Origin: Candidatus Methanomethylophilaceae archaeon
GTDB taxonomy: Archaea > Thermoplasmatota > Thermoplasmata > Methanomassiliicoccales > Methanomethylophilaceae
Direction: 5' to 3'
Assembly: GCA_050950505.1 (NCBI GenBank)
Contig: JBMNHS010000001.1
Location: 1,108,824-1,172,823 of the forward strand
Length of the DNA: 64,000 nt
Part shown: piece after piece, positions 18,863 to 29,236 of the stretch
Position numbering within the stretch: the first letter of the stretch is position 1
Layout of the letters: each line of letters begins with the position of its first letter
Made by a program: the position numbers and the translations under genes
Notes under the pieces: generated by a model
Told to the model about the DNA's origin: nothing
What the model saw: the letters and a program-made list of their open reading frames with translations, nothing else
Database searches by the model: none

Positions 18863-21058
18863 ATGTCTGACTCATCCTTCAAATTCCTCAATATTAAGAA
18901 AAAATATGATTCAGACGAACGTGAGAAACAAGATTATATTTTACAGAATTTTTATATTCCCTGCTTATCTAGAACTATTGAGTATTCAAGACTTACTGGG
19001 TTTTTTACTTCGACATCGCTTTCAGTTACCTCGCGTGGAATTGCTAATTTGATTACAAACGGAGGTCGAATGAGATTAGTGACATCCCCGAGATTATCTC
19101 AGTCGGATAAGCAGGCTATTGCAGATAATGTGTGTTCAGAATCAGAAGTTATCGAAAGATCTCTAATTAGGGAGATATTTGAGAATAATATTGTAGCAAA
19201 TAAACATGTTGAGGCATTAGGTTGGATGATAGCTAATAACATACTCGAAATAAGATTGGCTATAATTTTAGACGAGGAAAACAATTCATCTGATGTCGAA
19301 GGTACTAATGATTTTGCTATGTTCCATACCAAAATAGGAATTATGACGGATAATCATGGGAATAGAATATCGTTTTCAGGATCTATCAATGAAACTAAAA
19401 CAGGGTGGACTCGTAATATTGAATCATTCGACGTTTTTTGCGAATGGAAATCCTCAGATCAAGAAGAATATCTACAAGGTCATGTAAATGAATTTGAAAA
19501 ATATTGGAAGCTAGGTGACAATGGTCGGTGTAGAACTATTGCATTTCCAAAGAATGTTGAGAATCTTTGGACCGAGGGTGTTACATCTGATTTAAAATCA
19601 CTAAAAATATTCAAAAAATCACAAAATGAAGAAGAAAAAGAGAGAGGTTTTTCACTGCCATCCGGATTCAAATTGAGAGATTATCAAGAGAAGGCTGTGG
19701 AATCATGGGCAGGACAGGAATATAGAGGGTTATTCGACATGGCTACAGGTACCGGAAAAACTAGTACTGCCATTGCAGCCGCGCTCCGATTATATGAAGA
19801 TAAGAATCAGGAAATCTGTATTATCGTAGCATGTCCGTTCTTACACCTAGTTGAAATGTGGGTAGAGGAATTTAGATTATTCGGCGTAGATGGAGTCATC
19901 GAAACTCACTCTCAATCCAAGAATTGGAAGCGTGATCTTTCGAACAAAATACGCCTATACAATACGAAAGGTAAGTTTTTCGTCGTAGCGACAACAATCA
20001 ATACGTTTTCTACTAAATATTTTCAAAATGCTTTAGAATCTATCAAGGGCGATGTACTGTTAATCTCTGATGAAGTCCACAGAATGGGCACTGGTTCTTA
20101 CAGTAAGGGACTTTCTGATAAAATACGGTATAGGCTTGGCTTATCTGCGACTATAGACCGATGGAACGACCCCTCCGGAACAAATCGATTATTGAAATAT
20201 TTCGGAGAGAGGTGTATTGTCTATGACTTAAAAAAAGCAATGGATCAAGGCATGTTGACACCGTACATGTACTATCCAATTCCCTGCTACTACAGCGACG
20301 AAGAATATGAAAGAATTGTGAATGTCAATAGAACCATTGACGAATTAAGTAGTTATGGCGGTTATGCTAACCGCGCTCTAATTCAAAAGGAAAAGGTTAA
20401 CGGCGTGAGAATAATGGCACAAATGGAGGACAAAATGGTAATGCTGATTAAAGTTCTCCAAAATTACAAAGATAAACATCACATGTTGATTTATTGCGGC
20501 GACGCCCGTGTAAATTCTGATGATATCGATGAAGACACGGGTAACATCAATGGTGAAGAAAGAATGGTCGAGCATGTTTCTCGCAGGGTGTATTCCGAGT
20601 GTCAAATGGATCTTCGAAAATTTACTTATGAAAGAACGCTGGACGAACGAAAGGACATCATTGAGGATTTTACAAATAAAAACCTTCAAGCACTAATAGC
20701 CATAAGATGTTTGGACGAGGGAGTCAACATACCAAACATACGCACAGCTTTCATTCTCTCTAGTAGTGAAAATCCCAAAGAGTATATCCAGAGGAGAGGC
20801 CGTGTGTTAAGATTGGCGGAGGGCAAGAATTATGCAGAAATATACGATTTCTTAGCATTGCCTAAGTCCGCATCTTATCATTCATATATATCGGATAAAG
20901 ATGATATGGATTTGAGACTCGCTGCGCGGGAATTAAAACGTGTTTATGAATTTATGGAACTATCCACGAATAAAGAATATTCTACTAACTTAATTGAAAA
21001 AATTGCAAAAATATACAATGTGGGAGATATTGAATCATATGTCAGAAACTGTGAATAA
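18863..21058 (+). CDS. pbeA: PLD-like + SF2 DEAD/DEAH helicase, phosphorothioation-linked (PbeA-like)
   Basis: FYIP.L..Y.R.TGFF, FHTKIG...GSINET (HKD-like), LRDYQ, MATGTGKT, DEVH, LSAT, DEGVNIP, QRRGRVLR. Adjacent to dndCDE. Start taken at ATG 18863. Confidence 0.75.
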   Translation: MSDSSFKFLNIKKKYDSDEREKQDYILQNFYIPCLSRTIEYSRLTGFFTSTSLSVTSRGIANLITNGGRMRLVTSPRLSQSDKQAIADNVCSESEVIERSLIREIFENNIVANKHVEALGWMIANNILEIRLAIILDEENNSSDVEGTNDFAMFHTKIGIMTDNHGNRISFSGSINETKTGWTRNIESFDVFCEWKSSDQEEYLQGHVNEFEKYWKLGDNGRCRTIAFPKNVENLWTEGVTSDLKSLKIFKKSQNEEEKERGFSLPSGFKLRDYQEKAVESWAGQEYRGLFDMATGTGKTSTAIAAALRLYEDKNQEICIIVACPFLHLVEMWVEEFRLFGVDGVIETHSQSKNWKRDLSNKIRLYNTKGKFFVVATTINTFSTKYFQNALESIKGDVLLISDEVHRMGTGSYSKGLSDKIRYRLGLSATIDRWNDPSGTNRLLKYFGERCIVYDLKKAMDQGMLTPYMYYPIPCYYSDEEYERIVNVNRTIDELSSYGGYANRALIQKEKVNGVRIMAQMEDKMVMLIKVLQNYKDKHHMLIYCGDARVNSDDIDEDTGNINGEERMVEHVSRRVYSECQMDLRKFTYERTLDERKDIIEDFTNKNLQALIAIRCLDEGVNIPNIRTAFILSSSENPKEYIQRRGRVLRLAEGKNYAEIYDFLALPKSASYHSYISDKDDMDLRLAARELKRVYEFMELSTNKEYSTNLIEKIAKIYNVGDIESYVRNCE

Positions 21059-21206
21059 TGAGTTAGAGAAGAAACGTATATACAATATGAGGATAAAAAT
21101 TATTAGTCTAGAACGTGAAAATGTGGCTACTCAGTCACACTCTAATAAAGCTATGGTGAATAAAATAGCCGATATTATTAAAGAGGAGGCGTTAAAACGA
21201 TATTAA
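21039..21206 (+). CDS. Small helical protein between helicase and ATPase (PbeB-like by position)
   Basis: 55-aa ORF overlapping both neighbours (MSETVNNELE...IADIIKEEALKRY). Confidence 0.55.
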   Translation: MSETVNNELEKKRIYNMRIKIISLERENVATQSHSNKAMVNKIADIIKEEALKRY

Positions 21207-23167
21207 CCCGCATAGAATTGAATAACTTCCGACAATATAAAGGCAAAAGTGAAGTTCATTTCTCAAAGGATCCCGATAGAAATACGACAGTGTTCCTGGG
21301 CGATAACAGTGCCGGAAAGAGCACACTTGTCGAGGCGTTCAGATGGGCGCTTTATGGAAGAGATTTGAACTTGGATTATAAACAAGATGTTCTGAACAAA
21401 GAAGTCGTTAATGGGATGTATTCAGGCAAGGAAGAAAAAGTCAGCGTTGAAGTTGAACTTATCCATAGCGACATAAGGCATGTTTTTAGAAGAGAGGTCT
21501 TGTACGTATGTACGGATATAGGTAAAGTTAGGGTAAAGGATGAGCTTCCGGTTTTCGCGTGGGTATATGATGACGGAGACAAAGAACGTCGAGAAAATCC
21601 TCATGAACTTATACAGAAAATACTACCCGAGTCCCTGGCCGGATATTTCTTCTTTGATGGAGAACACATTGAGAAATTACATCAATCGAAAAACCTCAAG
21701 GATTCCATATCAATTTTAATGGGGCTTAAACCGTTGAAGGAAGCTGTAAACCATCTAAAAGAAGTAAATAAAGCTTTTTTGAATCAATGTGCATCCGGCA
21801 CCTCAGCCAAGGAACAGGATTTACAACGGAAATTGGAGCAAAACCAGGAGGCTTTGAAAGAGGCTGAAAAGGTTTTGAAACGTGAAGAAAAAAATGTTGA
21901 AATTTTACGTGAACTTTTTGAAGAGGCAGAACAGAATTTCAATGATAATAAGAAAACTATAGACTATTCCATTGAAATTAAAAAGATAGATGCCGAATTG
22001 AAGAAAAAATCTGAATATATAAATAATGTCTTGATAGAAATCTCTGAGATTTTCAATAAAACATATCTGAATATATTCTCATATGATATTGTCACTAAGT
22101 CTTTGGAACTTTTGAATGAATCCATGAATAATAAAATAATCAAGGAGAGTGTTCCGGGAGTAAATGCAGAATCTATTAATAGAATATTAGAACGAGGAAA
22201 ATGCATTTGCGGCTCTGAATTGAAATCTAATCCTGAGCTTATTGAAAATCTTAAACTGGAGTTGAACTTTATACCGCCTCGTTCGATTGGTACGGAGATA
22301 TTGCTCTTCAATAAAGGCGTTAAAGCAGAAAATAATGCAGTACCTATTTACAAAGATAATTTAGAAAAAAGATACATGACATTTATAGATCAGCTTGATG
22401 AGATAGATAATTTAGAGCGCAGACATAACGAATTGTTATCCAAATCTGCAGGTCTATCTGACGAGGAAGCTAGTAAAATTGCTAAGAAATACAATAGTTA
22501 TAAACAACAATATAACACAGCTACCTCTAAACTCCGCAGTTTGGATAGTCGAGTTATTGATGCCGAAAAGGAGTTAGGAAAGACCGAAGACGACATTAAG
22601 AGACTGGCCATAATCGATGAGAAAAACAAGGTCCCTATGCTTTGTTCAAGATATACTGAACAGTTAATCGCTGAAATTCAAAGTACTATCGATGTAAAAG
22701 AAAAAAACATCTACAACGAATTCAGTCATAAATTGGAAGAAATATTTGAAAAAATGTATCATGGGGAGCGTGTAATCGGCTTGACAGAAAAATACGAAAT
22801 AAAACAATATACGGCTGCCGGAGAGACTTCCCTGTCTACGGGTACAAAGGTTATGCTTGGATTTGCCTTTGTTGCTACACTGCTGTCCATGGCTCGCGAA
22901 GAGTTGAACAGAGGAGATTCAGATGTAGAGACGGAACCTTATCCGTTAGTCATGGATGCACCCACATCTGATTTAGACGCTACACATATTGGTAACGCTT
23001 TTGAATATATTTCTGATGTTGCGGAGCAGATTATACTCATGATGACTGATAAAGACTGGGAGCACGCAAAAAATGCATTGGGTCATCGCATTGATAAGGT
23101 ATATCGGCTAAGTAAAACAAGTGAGACTCATACGAAAATTATAGAGGAGGATCAAAATGTTCGATAA
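21197..23167 (+). CDS. pbeC: SMC/Rad50-like ATPase with a CxC hook (PbeC-like)
   Basis: NFRQYKG, Walker A GDNSAGKST, YFFFDGE, coiled coils around CICG, signature LSTG, Walker B MDAP..DLD..H. The start may be ACG 21197 rather than TTG 21218. Confidence 0.75.
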   Translation, partial: TILTRIELNNFRQYKGKSEVHFSKDPDRNTTVFLGDNSAGKSTLVEAFRWALYGRDLNLDYKQDVLNKEVVNGMYSGKEEKVSVEVELIHSDIRHVFRREVLYVCTDIGKVRVKDELPVFAWVYDDGDKERRENPHELIQKILPESLAGYFFFDGEHIEKLHQSKNLKDSISILMGLKPLKEAVNHLKEVNKAFLNQCASGTSAKEQDLQRKLEQNQEALKEAEKVLKREEKNVEILRELFEEAEQNFNDNKKTIDYSIEIKKIDAELKKKSEYINNVLIEISEIFNKTYLNIFSYDIVTKSLELLNESMNNKIIKESVPGVNAESINRILERGKCICGSELKSNPELIENLKLELNFIPPRSIGTEILLFNKGVKAENNAVPIYKDNLEKRYMTFIDQLDEIDNLERRHNELLSKSAGLSDEEASKIAKKYNSYKQQYNTATSKLRSLDSRVIDAEKELGKTEDDIKRLAIIDEKNKVPMLCSRYTEQLIAEIQSTIDVKEKNIYNEFSHKLEEIFEKMYHGERVIGLTEKYEIKQYTAAGETSLSTGTKVMLGFAFVATLLSMAREELNRGDSDVETEPYPLVMDAPTSDLDATHIGNAFEYISDVAEQIILMMTDKDWEHAKNALGHRIDKVYRLSKTSETHTKIIEEDQNVR

Positions 23168-23699
23168 AGCGATTTCAATTGACAGCGAATATAGAAATAA
23201 ATTTATGCATCTCAGGCAGCCAATTCAACCCGATAGATATCCCAAAAAATTCTACATCTTTACCCGCTACATAGACATATTGATGTGCGGCGCATTAGTC
23301 GGATTCAAATATAACAGAAAGAAAGGAGAAGGTGCTCCTGCCCCTGGCAGTGGTGATGAAGAATCAGAAAGGTCAATCGACGCAACAATTCCCATAAAAA
23401 CTGTATTGGATGAGAGAGAACGATTACTCAACATATACAGAATGATAATGCTTAACGAAGATGATCGCAAATTATCCGTTGAAGAACGTATAGACAACGC
23501 GTTTAGGTATACGGATGATAACGATGAAAGAGTCGCTGAGAATATAGAATTGATGATGTCCTACGCCTATGGCGGTGTAGACATTCTATATGAAAAATTT
23601 GGATCCATCAGCACACAAGAAGATGCCGTAGATATAATGAACCGGATTTACGACGGTTTGAAGATTGAGGATAAAAATAGTATAACCATAGATCAGTAA
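23157..23699 (+). CDS. Small phosphorothioation-associated protein (PbeD-like by position)
   Basis: Overlaps the ATPase stop, GGAGG RBS; F.RYIDI.M.GALVGF and YAYGG...L motifs. Confidence 0.55.
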   Translation: MFDKAISIDSEYRNKFMHLRQPIQPDRYPKKFYIFTRYIDILMCGALVGFKYNRKKGEGAPAPGSGDEESERSIDATIPIKTVLDERERLLNIYRMIMLNEDDRKLSVEERIDNAFRYTDDNDERVAENIELMMSYAYGGVDILYEKFGSISTQEDAVDIMNRIYDGLKIEDKNSITIDQ

Positions 23700-23701
23700 T
23701 T

Positions 23702-24109
23702 TTAACCAGAATTACTGTCTTCAGTATCGATATACATTTCAACCGAAGGGCTACAGAGTTCTTTGAAGAAATCCGTTGATGAATTGGTTTTAGTATAGAG
23801 ATCGGACAGTAATTTTAAACCGTTTTCTAAATGAAATTCCATAACTTTGTTAAAATCAGCCATTCCAAATTTTTCATCTAATTGTTGAGAAGCCATTGCG
23901 AAAAACACATCTTTATCAGATTCGAGAATTGGAGATAAATCGATATGGACAGCGTTTTGTTTGACCTGATTTAAATCAACACTGTTCTTAGACTGTAGAG
24001 ATACGGCAATGGACATCCTACAAACAATATTTTTAGCCAGTCTGAGGCTGGAAGATAGTGAATCTAACATTTTTACGGATGTATCAGATATGTTGACAAT
24101 GTCTGTCAT
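23702..24109 (-). CDS. dndE: DNA sulfur modification protein DndE
   Basis: 135 aa immediately after dndD; NIVCRMSIAVSL and HLENGL..L are typical of DndE. Confidence 0.75.
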   Translation of the reverse strand: MTDIVNISDTSVKMLDSLSSSLRLAKNIVCRMSIAVSLQSKNSVDLNQVKQNAVHIDLSPILESDKDVFFAMASQQLDEKFGMADFNKVMEFHLENGLKLLSDLYTKTNSSTDFFKELCSPSVEMYIDTEDSNSG

Positions 24110-26071
24110 TTAAACACCAAAATAGCCTGATTTTACTTTATTTATAACATCATTTGTCAAGGTGTATGACTTATTCAAAGATCCTTTCATGAAGTTATAG
24201 CTATCTGTATCGATTTCCCGATCATGGGATAAGATAATCGTTTGTTCGGCAACGATAGGGAAATAATATTTAATTAGATTTTTAACGTGATGGGAATCCA
24301 TTCTCCCCAAGGGAGAATCGACTATCAACGGCATTTTTACATTTGAAATCTGCACCAAACCATATACTATAGAGTACATAAGTATCCCTTTCTCGCCCTC
24401 GGATATATACTCCACTCGGACAACATTACCGTCATAACCCATTAGGATTAATTCATAATCTTCAGTGATATGAATTTCTTTTATCATATCGTCTTTATTA
24501 GCCAATATTGGATAAATCATGTTTATTTCGTTATTTAAATTTGAAAGAGTATGACGTTCAATCGTGAGAATCCGTTCATTTATCAGCCCCAGGACATCAT
24601 CTATAGTATCCACAGATTTTTTCTCTGATTCATTGATGATAGTTTTTCTCTCTTCAACCCGTATTTTACGATTTAAATCATAGACTATGGATTCGTGATT
24701 TTTGATTATATCTTCTAAACGTTTAATTTCGATATTTGCATCGTCAATACTTTTACTCAATCCTTCATTCTTTGAAGCTAAAATCAATGCATCGTTAGAA
24801 CTCTTCCTTCTCAAAAGGGTCTCCTGTTTCGATATCTCATAATGTAGTTGTTCTCGTCGTTCAACTGCTTTCAAAAAGTTGTGAATTTCAGAATCGCTTA
24901 CCACAAAAGACTCTAATCTTAGCATGTCTTCGAAGGATATGTTAGACGTGTTATCTAAATCCGATTTATCTTGTTCTAATTTTTCTATGAGCGTGGTTAG
25001 TACATCACCTATAACTTCAGCATCAATTTTATCTTCGAAACTCTGTAGAATGTTCGGCCAGATTGCCATTATCTTTTCCGAGGTATATTTTGATATAACC
25101 CCATCATTATTTTTCTTGGCCGAATCTAGAGTAATATCCAGTTGCTTTGCCGACAATAAGAAAGGGAGTTTATGATGACAGAATTTAACAAAATCCGAGT
25201 CAATCATATCATATTCATACTTCATCCGAGATATCTTCTCTCTAATACCCTCGATATCCGATTCAGAATTGCCGGTGATTCTTTTAATTTCATCATTATT
25301 GAAATTGAATTTATCCAGATATGAATTTCTTTTTGATAATACATTTATCCTTTTATTTTCAGATTTAGAAATTTCTCTTTTGATAAAAGCTATTTGCCCC
25401 TCAAGGGTGGAAATCTCTTTTTGAGAAGTTTTCTTTGTGGATTTGGAGATTATATTTCTGCGTACTACATACAAGTCTCTTTTCAAATCATCCAGCTCTT
25501 TAATTCCGGTAAGATCTCTAATTGCAGATTTTAAATAGTTTATTGATTCGTCAGAAGAGATGGTATTCCGAACCGTTTCACCATCAAATAGAAAGTACTG
25601 GGATACATTCGGAGGAATTAATCTTTCAACAAAATAAGACCAATAATTCTCACTAATTACTTCAAGTGAGAAATATTCTCTTCTAAGAGTTAAATTTTCC
25701 ACATAGCTTTCAGAAATTTTCTTAAATTCGCGCCTAATAATTATTGGATGATTATTCTGATTTATTGTGATTTTTAATGATATAAAAAAACTATCTGGTA
25801 TGGTTCCATTTCTAGCATGCACATTATCCAAATAGTTTTGATATGCTCTTTTGGACATCTGAGTTCCATTCATTTTGTTGCCATATAGGCATAATCGAAT
25901 TGCTTCAGAAAAGGATGTTTTTCCTGAACCGTTAAGTCCTCCGATTAATATTATATTTTTTGAAAGTTCGGTTAAATCATTGTTATATTCCTGAGTTTTT
26001 ATCGAGAGATCGAAGATATTGATTCCGGGATAGTTTTTAAAATTTGAAATGGTGAGTTCATCTATTATCAT
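24110..26071 (-). CDS. dndD: DNA sulfur modification protein DndD (SMC-like ATPase)
   Basis: ILIGGLNGSGKT, FLFDGE, SEGEK, DSPLGRMDSHH, QTIILSHDREI. Confidence 0.88.
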   Translation of the reverse strand: MIIDELTISNFKNYPGINIFDLSIKTQEYNNDLTELSKNIILIGGLNGSGKTSFSEAIRLCLYGNKMNGTQMSKRAYQNYLDNVHARNGTIPDSFFISLKITINQNNHPIIIRREFKKISESYVENLTLRREYFSLEVISENYWSYFVERLIPPNVSQYFLFDGETVRNTISSDESINYLKSAIRDLTGIKELDDLKRDLYVVRRNIISKSTKKTSQKEISTLEGQIAFIKREISKSENKRINVLSKRNSYLDKFNFNNDEIKRITGNSESDIEGIREKISRMKYEYDMIDSDFVKFCHHKLPFLLSAKQLDITLDSAKKNNDGVISKYTSEKIMAIWPNILQSFEDKIDAEVIGDVLTTLIEKLEQDKSDLDNTSNISFEDMLRLESFVVSDSEIHNFLKAVERREQLHYEISKQETLLRRKSSNDALILASKNEGLSKSIDDANIEIKRLEDIIKNHESIVYDLNRKIRVEERKTIINESEKKSVDTIDDVLGLINERILTIERHTLSNLNNEINMIYPILANKDDMIKEIHITEDYELILMGYDGNVVRVEYISEGEKGILMYSIVYGLVQISNVKMPLIVDSPLGRMDSHHVKNLIKYYFPIVAEQTIILSHDREIDTDSYNFMKGSLNKSYTLTNDVINKVKSGYFGV

Positions 26072-27359
26072 TTTTATCCTCCACCATTTTATTCATGGAA
26101 AATTCGGATATAACCTGTTCTAATTTCTTATAAACACCAACCCTTCTAGAGATGGTTGAAAAATCTTTTTCTACTGCCAGTAGATTGTCTAAAAGTCTTT
26201 CTTCTGGAGTGTTACCGTGTGTAAATCCATCACCTAAAGCGTACGCATCGGAAGTATCACCATCATATACCCAGGCCATTTTTATTAAAGTTATTTCATC
26301 ATCTGATATCAGTTCTATATCAGGCTCGGTCTCTCTTAAACCATCTTGAATTTCCAATAGTTTTTTCAATAAATAATGACGTGTTTTCAAAGTGAATGGT
26401 CCAAGTACCATAAATCCGTTTGAATCCAATTCCTGAGTTTTATTGTAATATTGATCATAGAACTTATCCAGACGTTGATTTCTTCTGTGCTTTTCTCTAC
26501 AATCTGGATTGTCTCTCATCATTTTGAGAGAATTCCTAAATTCTAACAACGGTAAATACTCTTCATGGCCTTCGTTGATAAGACTTTGAAGAGCCTTATC
26601 CACTTCAACGACAGTACATGTCCAACAGCCAAATCTACTATGTCCTGAAGAGGCGGAATCTCCATCTATCATAAAGTCAATTTCAGAATTTTCACCTTTG
26701 TAAAGATGATATAATTCTATATTAGACTCGTACCATCCAGTATTCTTCCGTAATAAAAAATTCCAAACTTCATCTTCAGTTAGATCTTCTATGGGCGCAT
26801 AGATAAAAGCGCCACTTATCGAATTGTGTTTTCGTAAATGAAAGCCACTTATCTCATGCTTAGTCATGCTTTCTGCACGTGCTTTGCTTTCAGACTTCCG
26901 CGTACCAAGTAATATGCAGACTTCTCCGTTAATTCTAACATTATTTAGGATATATTTGTTCATCGGATCTATTTTTAGCCTGCTTGTGCACCATCTAAAC
27001 CATCTGTTGGGGGCAGGATATCCTCGTCCAATGACATTTACCCAAAATGTGTCTGAAATATTAGGTCTCAATAGCTTTATCTCTACTGGATAGTTTTTAC
27101 TGGTGGCCATATTCTCAATGTCCAGACACATCTTCTTTAATCTCTTAATTACGGGGGGAGATTCCACCATTGTGTTTGTGGAAAGTATGAATATTTTTTT
27201 ATTTCGATGTTCGGGATTGAGTCTTGATAGCATTTCAAAAACTAACTGAACAATCATGGTGGAGTCTTTGCCACCGCTGAAGCCTACAATCCACGGTCTG
27301 TCGTTAGATATGTATTCTAACCTCATCTCTTCAAGAATTATATCAATATCTCGCGACAT
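26058..27359 (-). CDS. dndC: DNA phosphorothioation sulfurtransferase DndC (PAPS-reductase family)
   Basis: PWIVGFSGGKDS, FWVNVIGRGYPAP..FRWCT.RLKI.P, GTRKSES..R, SRFGCWTCTVV..D, GPFT..R. Confidence 0.93.
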   Translation of the reverse strand: MSRDIDIILEEMRLEYISNDRPWIVGFSGGKDSTMIVQLVFEMLSRLNPEHRNKKIFILSTNTMVESPPVIKRLKKMCLDIENMATSKNYPVEIKLLRPNISDTFWVNVIGRGYPAPNRWFRWCTSRLKIDPMNKYILNNVRINGEVCILLGTRKSESKARAESMTKHEISGFHLRKHNSISGAFIYAPIEDLTEDEVWNFLLRKNTGWYESNIELYHLYKGENSEIDFMIDGDSASSGHSRFGCWTCTVVEVDKALQSLINEGHEEYLPLLEFRNSLKMMRDNPDCREKHRRNQRLDKFYDQYYNKTQELDSNGFMVLGPFTLKTRHYLLKKLLEIQDGLRETEPDIELISDDEITLIKMAWVYDGDTSDAYALGDGFTHGNTPEERLLDNLLAVEKDFSTISRRVGVYKKLEQVISEFSMNKMVEDKNDNR

Positions 27360-27460
27360 CTTAACCTACGTACTTCACGTATAATCCCGGGTATAATAAG
27401 AATTGTGTAGTATATAGGTGATTAATAATACAAAATTATATTCCACGTTATTTTGTTTTG

Positions 27461-28982
27461 ACGTCTCTTCGACACCCTCGGCATAAAATCGAATAATTTT
27501 CAGATTCCGGACAGCGCCACAGCTGAAACATGAGCGGAAAAGCACTCAAAATCCAATTAACCGATTAAATCCGACGGATCCATGCCCAATATACGCAGAA
27601 AAACCTTCAACTGCTGTTTTTCCGCGACGGGACCGTCAAGATAAATCCGTTCCTCAATTCTGTTCAAACGAACGGACGTATTCCGAATCATACCGAACAT
27701 GCGATACGCGGTTATGTTCCTGGGAATACCGAATCCTTTGCCGTATTCTTTCCGCGTGAGCAACTGCATCATACGTCTGACGAGAACCGCTATCGCTATG
27801 GAGAAAAGCATTACCGCTTCCCGTTTGGGCGATTCGAAGAACACCTGATCCGCACCGAGTTTGGATTTCATCTCTCCGAAGACGTTTTCAATCTTCCACT
27901 GTTGTAGATAAATGCGCATAACATCTTCGCCGGCAGTTCCGTCGACTACGTCCTCGAACGTCACGTCGGAACGTGGAAGGGACGTCACGATTACTCTGAT
28001 ATCCCGTTCCTCGGCCATCTTTCTCGCACGGGTTTCGTTGATGACGTTTTACTTCCAGCATAGCATCTTTTTCGCAGACAAACGTCTTCTTTGCAATCTT
28101 CGTCAAACGTTCGTTCACATCCTTCCCGACTTTTTTGCGATAGAAGTTCAGAGAATGTTCTGTGTCGCTTTCTCGATAAGCGATGAAACGGAGTTTTTCC
28201 CCGTTGGCGATTGCGTCAAGATCGCAAATCTCGTACTCCCGGTTCGGATCTCTCACGATGGTTATGTTGCTGCCGTCGATATGGTAGTATTTTGAGACGA
28301 TGCCGTACTGTGCTTTGGCTCTCGAAGCGATGTTGTAGTACATCAGTTCAAGATCGCCGCCGAAAATCGTATCCATGGCTCTTCCCAGGGATACGTCGTT
28401 CAAAGATCGGTGATTGACCTTTGCGCCGAACAACGTGTCCACCGGCAATATCCGTAGAACGACGATATCGCCGTCAGCGAACGTTTCAGATTCTCCGTGA
28501 ACATTGTGCCGCATATTGCTTTCAATGCGTTTCCGGGACTCAGCACGCGTTGGAAACGGTCCCATTCCGTGTTCTCGTCGATGTATTCGGGAATGTCGAT
28601 TGTTTTCATCACTGCCATTCCGAGGGCGGAGCCTGCGCTGATGCTTTCGATCTCTTCCGAATCGTCATCGAAAGTGAACTTCTTTCCGAAATCCGCGCTC
28701 GGTTCTTCCCTCATTGGCTGTTCATCCGTTCTTTCCGCAAAAATAGCGCCCGATCAATCGATTTTCAGTGATTTCGCCATCTTTCTGAATGGTTACTTTA
28801 TCGATTAGCTTTGCTAATCGATAAAGTACCTCAATCTATATATAGCGCTCCGTCCATGCAATACACAGCGTCCGACATCAGCGAAAGCTATCGCTGACGC
28901 TTCATTTTTCCAACAAGATCACGCAGAAATCGCACGGAATCAGTAATTATTCACAAAAATACAGGGGGTGTCGAAGAGACGT
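27461..28982 (-). mobile_element. IS1634-family insertion sequence remnant (deleted and frameshifted transposase)
   Basis: Perfect 17-bp terminal inverted repeats ACGTCTCTTCGACACCC (27461-27477) and GGGTGTCGAAGAGACGT (28966-28982). Transposase fragments lie in several frames: WD..Q..LSPG, SLND..LGR, YHIDGS, F.CEKDA, Y.QQW.IE..F..MK. Confidence 0.82.
28794..28828. repeat. Perfect 16-bp-arm inverted repeat inside the IS, upstream of the transposase
   Basis: TACTTTATCGATTAGC-TTT-GCTAATCGATAAAGTA. Confidence 0.85.
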
Positions 28983-29236
28983 AGAATTAGCTTCAGTATC
29001 AAAATCCACTCATTGATCAATCTATTGACCTAATCTAATTATGAAAAAAATATATTGAAAGAAAAGCACATTTTTCAACAGATCTCAATGATCCTCTCCT
29101 AATTTACTTGACTGGGAGTCGAGTCAATTAAAGAATATTGGCATACTCAGCGATGTAAAAGAAGATTTTTTAAAATCAATTATATTTACCTCATAGAAAA
29201 AAAACTTCCAGGTTCGAGATTCAAAGAACGAATATT

